Source: Candidatus Saccharimonadales bacterium (GTDB taxonomy: Bacteria > Patescibacteriota > Saccharimonadia > Saccharimonadales > DATKHC01). Taken from it: a DNA stretch of 64,000 bases. The stretch covers positions 6,106-70,105 of the forward strand of contig JBBQBA010000002.1 of NCBI GenBank assembly GCA_038317055.1. The letters run 5' to 3'. The notes below the pieces were generated by a model. It had not been told where the DNA came from, did no database searches, and saw nothing but the letters and a program-made list of their open reading frames with translations. The position numbers and the translations under genes were made by a program. Shown here piece after piece: positions 19,063 to 28,879 of this stretch. Position 1 is the stretch's first letter. Each line of letters starts with the position of its first letter.

Positions 19063-20325
19063 ATGTCTGGGTTTATATCGGCCTTATTAGCAAAAGAAAA
19101 AACAGCGATAAGAACAACCTTAGCAAAACTTGAACAAGCTAGTGGGGAAAATTCTATTGATTCTAGATTAATCTCCGAAATAGTCATTAAGTCTAAGGCA
19201 AAAATCAAACAACTAGGTTTAGATGCTGATGATACCACCCCAGAAGAACTTTATTCGTCTCTTAATAATCTTGCACAGTTGCATGATAGTTTTTTAGCAA
19301 AAGCACTCGGAGGCATCGATCCTTCTGATACTAGCGAAATGCTTCCTAAAATAACTAAATTTACAAATAATATTGCTAAAACTAAAACTGTTTGGGGAAT
19401 TAAACATGCTGTAGCAAAAAGACAAATAAAGCTTTTACCACCTAAACTTTTAATGAAGAAATTGGGTTACCGATCAATTGACTCTATGCTAAAAAGAGAA
19501 AATATAGACGATCTATTTGCGGGAATAAGAGTTGTTGAATCAAACGAATATATAGGTAAATTCTTTAATAGCTTTACTAAATTAAGACCTAGTGATTTTG
19601 AATCTAGAAAAATGTCCGTTCGACAGTTGTCGCATAAGAAATGGCAAAAAATAACCGGTGAATATGTAAATCGAACACGATCTAACTTAGTCGAACTTAA
19701 AGAAATGGGTTCTGTAATTGTACTTTCTATACCGGTTGAAAAGTTAAAAGGTACAACAATTACAGTTCTCCCATTAATACTTCATGAATTAAATGATATA
19801 CACCTTTATTCTAGTTTTTTTAAATACGAACAAGTTCAGCACGATTTTGGTCAAATTTTTAGCAACGCACTTCAGAACAAACCAATCTCGAATGTTAATA
19901 TGGCAGGATTGGACCTAAGTTGGAATATCGTAAGAGACCATTTTGGAAAACTTGCTAAGACTGGTTTGTCTGATATTTTTGAGCCACACATACAAAACGA
20001 TGACCTAGAAAAGCAATCTGTTGAGGAGAGTTTATATAAGCTGGAACCAGCCCTTCATTTTTGGTACCAAAACGATTCATTGGGACTACCTTATTCTAAT
20101 GGGGTTGTTTCATTTAATTTGATGGACGTAGCAACAAATCTTGTGAATAATTTAAGTTTTGGTTTAAATAGTACGAAATATTTAGCCGGAAGTCTTTGGG
20201 ATGAACTGCTAACACGCTATCTAAATGAAGAGCCACTACACGACCAAGTACTCCAGCAATTAGATAATCAAAATGTTGAAGATGAATTTAGTGATAAGGG
20301 AATATCGGGAGCTGCATTTGCCTGA
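19063..20325 (+). CDS. Hypothetical protein (~420 aa), partner of the LOG-like gene
   Basis: No motif recognised. I prefer ATG 19063 over the listed GTG 19042, but neither has a clear Shine-Dalgarno. Its TGA stop shares its last base with the ATG of the next gene. Confidence 0.6.
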   Translation: MSGFISALLAKEKTAIRTTLAKLEQASGENSIDSRLISEIVIKSKAKIKQLGLDADDTTPEELYSSLNNLAQLHDSFLAKALGGIDPSDTSEMLPKITKFTNNIAKTKTVWGIKHAVAKRQIKLLPPKLLMKKLGYRSIDSMLKRENIDDLFAGIRVVESNEYIGKFFNSFTKLRPSDFESRKMSVRQLSHKKWQKITGEYVNRTRSNLVELKEMGSVIVLSIPVEKLKGTTITVLPLILHELNDIHLYSSFFKYEQVQHDFGQIFSNALQNKPISNVNMAGLDLSWNIVRDHFGKLAKTGLSDIFEPHIQNDDLEKQSVEESLYKLEPALHFWYQNDSLGLPYSNGVVSFNLMDVATNLVNNLSFGLNSTKYLAGSLWDELLTRYLNEEPLHDQVLQQLDNQNVEDEFSDKGISGAAFA

Positions 20326-20963
20326 TGAGAATTCTACCAAATAACAAAGTATCTTTCTCTATTTGCGTTTCAGGTGCGGCTGAAGGAAGAACTGTAAAAG
20401 AAGATTCTAAGCTTGCCTCTAGACTTGGAACAGCAATCGCAAAGTCAGGTCAAGTGTTACTGACAGGTGCAACTGTTGGCTTACCGTATTACGCAGCTGT
20501 TGCAGCATATAAGGCAGGTGGTAAAAGTATTGGTTTTTCACCCGCTGTATCGCTACGTGAACATTTACGAAAATATAGACTACCTTATAATTGTTTTGAT
20601 TTTATAAATTTTACCGGTATGAATTATGTTGGTAGAGACCTATATTTAGTACAGTCTAGTGATGCAATAATCACGATTGGTGGAAGGTTTGGTTCGCTAC
20701 ATGAATTTACATCAGCATTAGAGTCAAAAAAACCTTGTGGTGTTTTACTAGGTAGTGATGGTGCTGCAGATTTAATACCTGAATTAATGGATAAATTAGA
20801 TGCTCCAAAAAAAGATCTAGTTGTTTATAGTAATAACCCAGAAGATCTTGTTGAAAAAGTCATAGCTCTGTTAAAAGAAAAAAATAAAGATATTCAAAAA
20901 CAAATTGAAAACTATAACGAATTTTGGTTTCTTGATGATAGTGGTCACAGTCATAACGGATAA
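20325..20963 (+). CDS. TIGR00725 / LOG (SLOG)-family Rossmann-fold nucleotide-binding protein
   Basis: ICVSGAA, LLTGATVGLPYYAAVAA, and IITIGGRFGSLHEFTSAL (LOG-type GGxxG[ST]xxE motif). Confidence 0.7.
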   Translation: MRILPNNKVSFSICVSGAAEGRTVKEDSKLASRLGTAIAKSGQVLLTGATVGLPYYAAVAAYKAGGKSIGFSPAVSLREHLRKYRLPYNCFDFINFTGMNYVGRDLYLVQSSDAIITIGGRFGSLHEFTSALESKKPCGVLLGSDGAADLIPELMDKLDAPKKDLVVYSNNPEDLVEKVIALLKEKNKDIQKQIENYNEFWFLDDSGHSHNG

Positions 20964-21070
20964 AATATAAAATTATTAACCGACAAAGCCAATTTAAGAT
21001 TCGGAATATGAAGTGATTTTTCCTTCGCGTATTTTAATTATGCCTCTGTCCAAGCTAAACTTAAATATAT

Positions 21071-23035
21071 ATGACCAAATTTAATCTTAAATCTGATTAT
21101 AAACCGACCGGTGATCAACCTAATGCGATTTATGATATTACAAAAAATTTGGCCGATAATGTCAAAGAACAAGTACTTCTTGGCGTAACTGGTTCAGGTA
21201 AAACCTTCACAATGGCAAATGTTATTCAAAATATTCAAAAACCAACACTAGTATTGAGTCATAACAAAACTCTAGCTGCTCAACTTTATAGTGAATTCAA
21301 AAGTTTCTTTCCTGAAAATGCAGTTCATTACTTTGTAAGTTATTTCGATTATTATCAACCAGAAGCATATATAGCCAGATCAGACACTTATATTGAAAAA
21401 GATAGTCAAATAAATGAGGAAATTGACCGCCTTCGACACGCTGCAACTGATGCACTACTTACCCGAAAAGATGTGATTATAGTTGCGAGTGTAAGCTGTA
21501 TTTATGGAATTGGATCAGTTGATGACTACAATGAACTCGCCGTTAGGGTTAAGGTAAAAGAGCGAAAAGTCAGAGACAAAATGCTAAGACAACTAACCGA
21601 TATACAATATCAACGCAATGATATTGATTTTCATCGAAGCACCTTTAGGGCTCGTGGTGATGTTGTTGATATTTTTCCGGCAGGTGAAGAAGTTGCATAT
21701 CGTGTTGAGTTTTTTGGTGATGTGATTGATCGTATAACAAAGATAAATCCACTAACTGGAGAAATAATTAGTAATATGGATGAGCTAACGGTCTTTCCTG
21801 GTAGCCATTATGTTACGCCTTTTGATAAATTAAAATCGGCACTAGGAGAAATTCAAATAGAGTTAGGTGATCGACTAAATCAATTTAAAAAAGAAGGTAA
21901 ATTACTAGAGGCTCAGAGACTTGAGCAACGTACTAAGTTTGATCTTGAAATGATGGAGGAGACTGGGTTTGTTAAAGGAATAGAAAATTATTCAAGATAT
22001 TTAACTAACCGAGAACCTGGCGAGCAACCAGCTACTCTTCTAGATTATTTTCCTGATGACTACCTTATGGTAGTTGATGAATCTCATATGACAATGCCAC
22101 AGATTCGCGGAATGTATAATGGTGATCGTGCTCGTAAAGAGTCACTCGTGGAATATGGTTTTCGATTACCAAGTGCCTTAGATAACCGACCCTTAACTTT
22201 TACTGAATTTGAAAAGCATATAAATAAAGCAGTTTATGTAAGTGCAACTCCAGCGGCATACGAACTAACTCATAGTCCTGAACCCGTACAACAAGTTATT
22301 CGCCCAACAGGATTAATTGATCCTAAAATTGAAGTGCGACCGACTACAAATCAAATAGATGACCTTATTAACGAAATTCGAGAAACCACAAAAAAACATC
22401 AAAGAGTTTTGGTCACTACTCTTACTAAACGTATGTCTGAAGATTTAACTGAATATTTAAAAGAAATAAATATTAAAGTAACATATTTACATAGTGATGT
22501 TGATACGCTTGATCGTACTGACATACTTAGAGATTTAAGGCTCGGTGTATACGATGTGGTAGTAGGAATAAACCTACTTCGTGAAGGACTTGATCTACCT
22601 GAAGTAAGTCTAGTAGCAATAATTGACGCTGATAAAGAGGGTTTTTTAAGATCAGAACAAGCTTTAATACAAACTGTTGGTCGAGCGGCACGACACGTTG
22701 AAGGTAGGGTAATAATGTACGCAGACAACATGACTGGAAGTATGGAACGAACAATAAGTGAAACCAATCGTCGTCGTAAAATTCAAGAACAATACAATAC
22801 TAAACATAATATAACTCCTACGGGTATAACAAAATCTATCGAAAAGGGAATGCGTCCAGATTTACCTGAAGATGCTAAAACTGCGAAACTTAATCTTAAG
22901 AAAATACCTAAAGATGAGTATGGCCAACTGATTAAAGATCTAAACGGTCAAATGGAGCTTGCGGCTGCAAACCTACAGTTTGAACAAGCCGCAGAACTTA
23001 GGGACATTATTGCCGATATTAAAGCTAAACTTTAG
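21071..23035 (+). CDS. uvrB: Excinuclease ABC subunit B
   Basis: [10 protein letters not shown], the beta-hairpin region [14 protein letters not shown], and the C-terminal UVR domain ([10 protein letters not shown]). Confidence 0.95.
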   Translation: MTKFNLKSDYKPTGDQPNAIYDITKNLADNVKEQVLLGVTGSGKTFTMANVIQNIQKPTLVLSHNKTLAAQLYSEFKSFFPENAVHYFVSYFDYYQPEAYIARSDTYIEKDSQINEEIDRLRHAATDALLTRKDVIIVASVSCIYGIGSVDDYNELAVRVKVKERKVRDKMLRQLTDIQYQRNDIDFHRSTFRARGDVVDIFPAGEEVAYRVEFFGDVIDRITKINPLTGEIISNMDELTVFPGSHYVTPFDKLKSALGEIQIELGDRLNQFKKEGKLLEAQRLEQRTKFDLEMMEETGFVKGIENYSRYLTNREPGEQPATLLDYFPDDYLMVVDESHMTMPQIRGMYNGDRARKESLVEYGFRLPSALDNRPLTFTEFEKHINKAVYVSATPAAYELTHSPEPVQQVIRPTGLIDPKIEVRPTTNQIDDLINEIRETTKKHQRVLVTTLTKRMSEDLTEYLKEINIKVTYLHSDVDTLDRTDILRDLRLGVYDVVVGINLLREGLDLPEVSLVAIIDADKEGFLRSEQALIQTVGRAARHVEGRVIMYADNMTGSMERTISETNRRRKIQEQYNTKHNITPTGITKSIEKGMRPDLPEDAKTAKLNLKKIPKDEYGQLIKDLNGQMELAAANLQFEQAAELRDIIADIKAKL

Positions 23036-23325
23036 ATTTGTGATATATCTCATTGATCCCATTATGTGTTTCCTCTATAAATAGTTAATCTAAAAGGGGG
23101 AGCAAAACATAAGTAGGTCAGAAATAGAATCTAAAGTTCAAAGACAATTGTTTCGAGTACAGAGTAACAATCCAATAGAGTTTACACCTGAAGACATTGT
23201 TGTTCGTGATCCTAGATTTGGCCAAAACAGTTCATATAGATCAGTCCAATAATGGTGAACAACTTGCGGCTTAGATCTAATCTCGATGGTTTTAAATATC
23301 TTGAGGTGATATAATTTTTATAAGA

Positions 23326-23619
23326 ATGGCGAAAATAACAGAGGATGATGTATTAATATTGGCAAAACTTTCGCGTTTGCAGTTTGCAGACGACGAGTTT
23401 AGTGTGATAGCCAAAGAAATCGAAGCAATATTAGGATATGTTGCCCAGCTTCAATCAGTCGACTTATCTGAATATAATCCTACTTATCAGGTTACCGGAT
23501 TAAAAAATGTTATGCGTGCTGATGAGCCTTTTGATTATGGAATAAGTCCTGAAGAATTACTTAAAAATGCACCCGCTACAGAAAAAGGATACATAAAAGT
23601 TCGAAGGGTTCTAGAATGA
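23326..23619 (+). CDS. gatC: Asp/Glu-tRNA amidotransferase subunit C
   Basis: 97 aa, LAKLSRLQF..DE. The stop overlaps the gatA start (ATGA). Confidence 0.9.
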   Translation: MAKITEDDVLILAKLSRLQFADDEFSVIAKEIEAILGYVAQLQSVDLSEYNPTYQVTGLKNVMRADEPFDYGISPEELLKNAPATEKGYIKVRRVLE

Positions 23620-25040
23620 GCAACTGGCCAAGTATCGCTGATCTTGCACAACAAGTTAAGGACGGAAAAATTACGGCAACAGAGTTAGTTGAAAGATCAC
23701 TAAAAACTATTGAAGAAAAGAAAGATTTTAATGCAGTAATTGCTGTAGTTGATGAGCGAGCAAGAAAACGTGCTAATCAAATTGACGAAGATGTAGCAAG
23801 CGGAAAGAAACTAGGTAAATTAGCTGGTGTTCCTTTTATCGCTAAAGATAATTTACTTACCTTTGGTTCGGAAACTACGGCTGCTAGCAATATTCTCAAA
23901 GGTTTTAATGCACCTTATCAAGCTACTGTAATTGAGTTAATTGAAAACGAAGGTGGTATATGTGTAGCTAAAGCAAATCTAGATGCTTTCGCACACGGAG
24001 CAAGTACGGAGAATAGCGACTTTATGATAACAAAAAACCCTAATGACCCAAAAAAAGTTCCTGGTGGAAGTAGTGGTGGTCCTGCGGCGGCAGTAATTTT
24101 AGAACTTGCACCATTTGCACTCGGAACTGATACGGGTGGATCTATAAGACAACCAGCTTCTTTTTGTGGTGCAGTAGGTTACAAACCGACATATGGACTA
24201 GTTTCTAGAAATGGAGCTGTAGCAATGGCAAGTAGCACGGATGTAATTGGACCGATTACGACTTCCGTAGTTGATTCAGCGTATATTCTAGATATCATTT
24301 CAGGTAAAGACAGATATGACAGTACAACGATCGATCGAGACAAAGTTTCATATAATGAAATTGATAGTCCAAGTAAAGATATTGTCGTTGGTATTATTAA
24401 AGAAAATAAAGGTGATGGTGTTGATCTTGGTGTTCAGAAATCGATCGATAATGCGATCGAGGCAATTGAGAAAGAAGGAATTAAAACTGTAGAAATTAGT
24501 CTTCCTTCGATTTCACTCGCACTTGCTTGTTATTACATTGTTTGTCCAGCGGAAGTTAGCAGTAACCTGAGTCGTTATGATGGACAGAGGTATGGATTTT
24601 CAAAGAAAGATGCTAAGAATTTAGAAGAAAGTTATATCTGGTCTAGAAGTGAAGGTTTTGGTAAAGAGGCTAAGCGAAGAATTATGCTTGGTACATATGT
24701 ACTCAGCAGTGGTTATTATGACGCTTATTATAAACAAGCTCAAAAACTTAGGACTAAACTAATACAGGAATTTGATGATGCTTTTTCTAAATGTGATTTT
24801 CTAATTGGTCCTACTTCACCAACTGTAGCATTTGAAATTGGTGGTAAAATTAGTGATCCTTTGCAGATGTACATGTCTGATGTCATGACCGTCGGTGCAA
24901 GTTTAGTTGGAATTCCTGCTATAAGTATTCCGGCTGGTGAAAGTGACAATCTACCAGTAGGTTTACAAATCATGGCACAGCAGAAACACGATCGAGATCT
25001 TCTGAGCATATCGAAATTTATTGAAGGGCTTCTAGTATGA
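23616..25040 (+). CDS. gatA: Asp/Glu-tRNA amidotransferase subunit A
   Basis: Amidase signature GGSSGGPAAAV, GTDTGGSIRQPA. Confidence 0.95.
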   Translation: MSNWPSIADLAQQVKDGKITATELVERSLKTIEEKKDFNAVIAVVDERARKRANQIDEDVASGKKLGKLAGVPFIAKDNLLTFGSETTAASNILKGFNAPYQATVIELIENEGGICVAKANLDAFAHGASTENSDFMITKNPNDPKKVPGGSSGGPAAAVILELAPFALGTDTGGSIRQPASFCGAVGYKPTYGLVSRNGAVAMASSTDVIGPITTSVVDSAYILDIISGKDRYDSTTIDRDKVSYNEIDSPSKDIVVGIIKENKGDGVDLGVQKSIDNAIEAIEKEGIKTVEISLPSISLALACYYIVCPAEVSSNLSRYDGQRYGFSKKDAKNLEESYIWSRSEGFGKEAKRRIMLGTYVLSSGYYDAYYKQAQKLRTKLIQEFDDAFSKCDFLIGPTSPTVAFEIGGKISDPLQMYMSDVMTVGASLVGIPAISIPAGESDNLPVGLQIMAQQKHDRDLLSISKFIEGLLV

Positions 25041-25465
25041 GTGGTAACTTAGCTTTAGCAATTTCATTTCTTTTTATCATTGGAGTTGGAATATTTGTAT
25101 ATAAATATTCACCGCGAAAATTGAAACAAGCTGGTTTTGTAAAAGGATGGAAAACCGCTCAACAATATTGTAAAGACAAAGCGACTTGGCCAAATGCACT
25201 TGAAGAAGCTGATAAATTATTGCGTTCGGCACTTAAAAAACGTAAATTCAAAGGAAAAAGTATGGGTGAGAAAATGGTATCAGCCCAGAGATTATTTACT
25301 GATAACGATTCGCTTTGGTATGCACATAATCTTTATAAGAAAGTAATTGCACCAGATAGCAAGAAACGACTTAAAGAATCTGAAGTAAAGGACGCACTGG
25401 TTGGTTTTAGACAAGCACTAAGAGATTTAGGAGCTCTTCCAAAAGATGGAAAAAACAAAGCTTAA
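25037..25465 (+). CDS. Single-pass membrane protein inserted between gatA and gatB, hypothetical
   Basis: An N-terminal TM helix (LALAISFLFIIGVGIFVY) is followed by a Lys-rich soluble part. ATGA overlaps gatA, and there is a 20-nt overlap with gatB. Confidence 0.6.
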   Translation: MSGNLALAISFLFIIGVGIFVYKYSPRKLKQAGFVKGWKTAQQYCKDKATWPNALEEADKLLRSALKKRKFKGKSMGEKMVSAQRLFTDNDSLWYAHNLYKKVIAPDSKKRLKESEVKDALVGFRQALRDLGALPKDGKNKA

Positions 25466-26894
25466 AGGCTACATCCCAACAATAGGAATTGAATGTCATG
25501 TTCAATTAAAGACTAAAACCAAGTTATTTGCGGCCGTTGACGTTGCTGATTTTGAAGCTAAACCAAATACCCACATTTCCCAAATATGTCTAGGCATGCC
25601 CGGTGCACTACCTGTTCTCAATATAAAAGCAGTCGAGCTCGCAGCCCGGGCTGCAGTAACATTAAATACTACTCCTCAAGCATTCAGTAAGTTTGATCGT
25701 AAACACTATTTTTATCCAGATTTACCGAAAGGTTATCAGATAAGTCAATTTGAAGAACCTATAATATTAGGTGGATTTGTAGACATTAAAGTAAGCGGTA
25801 AACCTAAAAGAGTAAATATAACTAGAGCTCATCTTGAAGAAGATGCAGGTAAGACTCTTCATCCATCAGGTGCTGACTATAGCCTAGTAGACCTTAATCG
25901 TGCAGGTACACCACTTCTTGAGATTGTTTCGGAACCAGATATGCACTCAGCTGAAGAGGCAAGAGCATTCGCACATGAATTATATTTGTTAATGAGATAC
26001 GCTGAAATATCTGAAGCAGATTTATATCAGGGAAATATGCGGTTTGACGTAAATGTCAGTGTCAGCAAGGGCACCACAGAACTAGGTATAAGAACAGAAA
26101 CTAAAAACCTAAATTCATTTCGAAGTGTTGAAAAAGCTGTTGAATATGAAGTAAAAAGACAAATTGAACTCCTTGAAAAAGATACTCGTATAGTTCAAGA
26201 AACCAGGGGCTGGGACGACACTAGACAGAAGACTTTCTCACAAAGAAGTAAAGAGGATGCGCATGATTATAGATACTTCCCGGACCCAGACATACCACCA
26301 TTAGATTTATCTCAGAATTTTATGGATGACGCTGTCAAAAATATGCCTAAACTACCAGGTGAAATTCGAATTAAACTCAAAGAATTAAATCTAGATGATT
26401 CAACCGTCGAGACTCTTGTCGAAGAAATAAAGGCTGGAAAATTTACGCTAAATATTCTAGATAATCATGGAGCAAAGATAGCTAAACGAGTCGCTAACTG
26501 GTTAACAACTGATGTTCAAGCGATGATTGCTGAAGGTAATCTTACTTGGGATACGGTGAAGTTAGATGAGTTATCTTTTGTTAATTTAGCCGAGTTAACA
26601 CTTCAAGCTAAGATAAGTTCCACAAATGCTAAAATAATTCTTGACGAGATTGTAACTATAGGTGGTAAGCCTAGTGAAATAGCCGAAACAAAGAAACTAT
26701 TACAATTATCAGATGAAACTGGGTTGAATGAAATTGTGAAAAAAGTTATGTCTGAAAATCCACAAGCCGTTCAAGATTTCAAGGATGGTCAAGAAAAAGC
26801 TATTGGTTTCTTAGTAGGTCAAGTAATGAAGTTATCTAAAGGACAAGCTAACCCTGGTATAAGCCAAAAACTAATTAGAGAAAATATTAAGTAA
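25446..26894 (+). CDS. gatB: Asp/Glu-tRNA amidotransferase subunit B
   Basis: IGIECHVQL, GMPGALPVLN, YFYPDLPKGYQISQ, and a C-terminal GatB/YqeY domain. Confidence 0.95.
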   Translation: MEKTKLKGYIPTIGIECHVQLKTKTKLFAAVDVADFEAKPNTHISQICLGMPGALPVLNIKAVELAARAAVTLNTTPQAFSKFDRKHYFYPDLPKGYQISQFEEPIILGGFVDIKVSGKPKRVNITRAHLEEDAGKTLHPSGADYSLVDLNRAGTPLLEIVSEPDMHSAEEARAFAHELYLLMRYAEISEADLYQGNMRFDVNVSVSKGTTELGIRTETKNLNSFRSVEKAVEYEVKRQIELLEKDTRIVQETRGWDDTRQKTFSQRSKEDAHDYRYFPDPDIPPLDLSQNFMDDAVKNMPKLPGEIRIKLKELNLDDSTVETLVEEIKAGKFTLNILDNHGAKIAKRVANWLTTDVQAMIAEGNLTWDTVKLDELSFVNLAELTLQAKISSTNAKIILDEIVTIGGKPSEIAETKKLLQLSDETGLNEIVKKVMSENPQAVQDFKDGQEKAIGFLVGQVMKLSKGQANPGISQKLIRENIK

Positions 26895-26945
26895 ATACCT
26901 CTAATCAAATTACACGATAGTACAAAGAATTTCAGATACAAACTA

Positions 26946-26974
26946 TTGAAAAAAAGTATATAAAGTGTTAAAAT
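26946..26974 (+). promoter_or_regulatory. Promoter-like element that would give a leaderless mRNA
   Basis: TTGAAA (26946-26951), 17-nt spacer, TAAAAT (26969-26974). The ATG of the next ORF lies 7 nt after the -10, and there is no Shine-Dalgarno. Confidence 0.3.
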
Positions 26975-26980
26975 ATATGA

Positions 26981-28054
26981 ATGGAAACCCCAGATTTTGG
27001 TGATAAAATAACTTTTATACACGAAAGGTTTAAACCTTTTGAAGTGCCAGTTAATTCAGTTGATTTTATACCTTGCATGAGTGGACCAAGATACGCCGAA
27101 GTACTCATACAACATCAAAATACGCTACATAATTATCCTGATGGTGTAATAGGTGCCCCTAATTCAGAAGAATTTGTTGAGATTGCAAATCGTGGTATCA
27201 CTAGGATAATACAAGAACGAGATATTGAAGAAATTGAAGCTACCAGTGCTTTACTTACTAAATATGGTAGTTCGTTGAGGGAACAATTTATTCAAAGCAA
27301 ATTTCATCCAGATGCGACAGCATATATGGCATGGGTCAGTAAGCTAAGAGTACTTGCTGGGTATTCTGAAGATATGCAACCGAGTGTTGTCAATGTTCGA
27401 ATGCAAGATGGGTCAATTTTTAATTCAAAACGAGATTTTTGGCAAAAATTATATATAGATACAATTCCGGATGTTGCTTTTCAAAATAAATTTTTCAATG
27501 ACTATTTATTTAGTAGTTCTAGGCCGATTGAAAATAAAGACACGGTAATGTTAGGTAATTACATTAAGAATTTGAATTTATATTCGACTGAAGACGTATT
27601 CTTTAATGTACGTTTACTGAGCTCACCGTCAATGCTCAGAAAAGTAGCAGTAAGTCAGATAGAACAAATACTTTCTCAAGCTTCATCTGCAGGATGGGAA
27701 AGAGCCAGGGAAGTAAAAGAAATGTTAGATAAAGTAAGTGATTCTAATTCGATTAATGAGGATAACGTTGTTAACTGGTTGGGTAACCGGGTGATAGAAA
27801 AACTAAATCATCTTGTACGTAAGCTAACTAACCAACGATATGAATCTTTTAATATAGATGATGTACACCAATCTCCGCTTGCTACACGCATGATTATGGA
27901 TTATGTTTTTATGCTAGACGAGAATCCACCCGATGGAAGGGACCGTGTAAATTACCTTATGGTTGGCCAGATTGCCGCAAAGTTACTTCAACAAGCTGCA
28001 AAGCTACCAGAACAAGAAGCAGATATGCTTCAATTTCGTAGATCAACAGATTAG
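26981..28054 (+). CDS. Hypothetical cytoplasmic protein (357 aa)
   Basis: A long ORF with no signal peptide and no recognisable motif. Confidence 0.55.
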   Translation: METPDFGDKITFIHERFKPFEVPVNSVDFIPCMSGPRYAEVLIQHQNTLHNYPDGVIGAPNSEEFVEIANRGITRIIQERDIEEIEATSALLTKYGSSLREQFIQSKFHPDATAYMAWVSKLRVLAGYSEDMQPSVVNVRMQDGSIFNSKRDFWQKLYIDTIPDVAFQNKFFNDYLFSSSRPIENKDTVMLGNYIKNLNLYSTEDVFFNVRLLSSPSMLRKVAVSQIEQILSQASSAGWERAREVKEMLDKVSDSNSINEDNVVNWLGNRVIEKLNHLVRKLTNQRYESFNIDDVHQSPLATRMIMDYVFMLDENPPDGRDRVNYLMVGQIAAKLLQQAAKLPEQEADMLQFRRSTD

Positions 28055-28107
28055 TAGCTAACCTCTTAACCTTTTGTATATGGATAACTGGTGTATAATT
28101 ACTAAAT

Positions 28108-28398
28108 ATGACAATTGTTACAGTATCGAATACCGAGCAATCGCTTTTGATAATTTTGAGTATATTCTTGGCAATGTTTTTGCTGCTAAGTATTATTGCT
28201 TTAGTTTGGATACTTCAAATTCTTAGTGAGTTGAAAAAAATAATAAAACGCGCAGAAGAACTTGCAAAAGAAACTGAAGGATCTATAAATGCTTTTTTTC
28301 AAAAAACAGGACCTGCAATTTCAGTAGTTAGATTATTATCGAATATGAGTGAGTCAGTGTTTAATACTAAGAAGAAGCATAAGAAGGAGGACGATTAG
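28108..28398 (+). CDS. Small membrane protein (DUF948-like: N-terminal TM plus coiled coil)
   Basis: One TM helix followed by a charged helix. The stop abuts the start of the YtxH-like gene, a pairing commonly seen with DUF948. Confidence 0.5.
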   Translation: MTIVTVSNTEQSLLIILSIFLAMFLLLSIIALVWILQILSELKKIIKRAEELAKETEGSINAFFQKTGPAISVVRLLSNMSESVFNTKKKHKKEDD

Positions 28399-28803
28399 AT
28401 GGGTAAAAAAGAACGTAATTTAGCATTAGGAGCCGCAGCAGGAGCAGCAGCTGGTTATCTTGCTGGTATTTTAACCGCAAAAAAATCAGGTAAAGAAACA
28501 CGAAAAGATATTGCTGATGCGACAATTAAAGCAAAGAAGCAAGCTGAAAAAACCATTAAAGGACTACATACAACTTTAGTTGAAATGTTAAAAGACAGTG
28601 AAGACCTGCTAAAATCTACGAAATCAGGCGCAAAAGAAGGTTTTAATAAAGCGCTAGAGAATGCAAAAGCAGCTCGCGATAATACGAGAGAAGTTTTAAG
28701 TGCAATTCATGAAGGTGACGCTGATGATAAGGATCTTTCAAAAGCTATTACAGAAGCAAATAAAGCCATAGAACATCTAAAGGCTTATTTAACTAAATCC
28801 TAA
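28399..28803 (+). CDS. YtxH-domain protein
   Basis: The N-terminal LALGAAAGAAAGYLAGILTAKKSGKETRKDI is typical of YtxH. The rest is Lys/Ala/Glu-rich helical sequence. Confidence 0.7.
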   Translation: MGKKERNLALGAAAGAAAGYLAGILTAKKSGKETRKDIADATIKAKKQAEKTIKGLHTTLVEMLKDSEDLLKSTKSGAKEGFNKALENAKAARDNTREVLSAIHEGDADDKDLSKAITEANKAIEHLKAYLTKS

Positions 28804-28879
28804 TTAGATTATATTTTAAAATTTAGCCAATAGAACTAATATTGGTTACAATAAATACAAACAGGAGGTGATATATATA

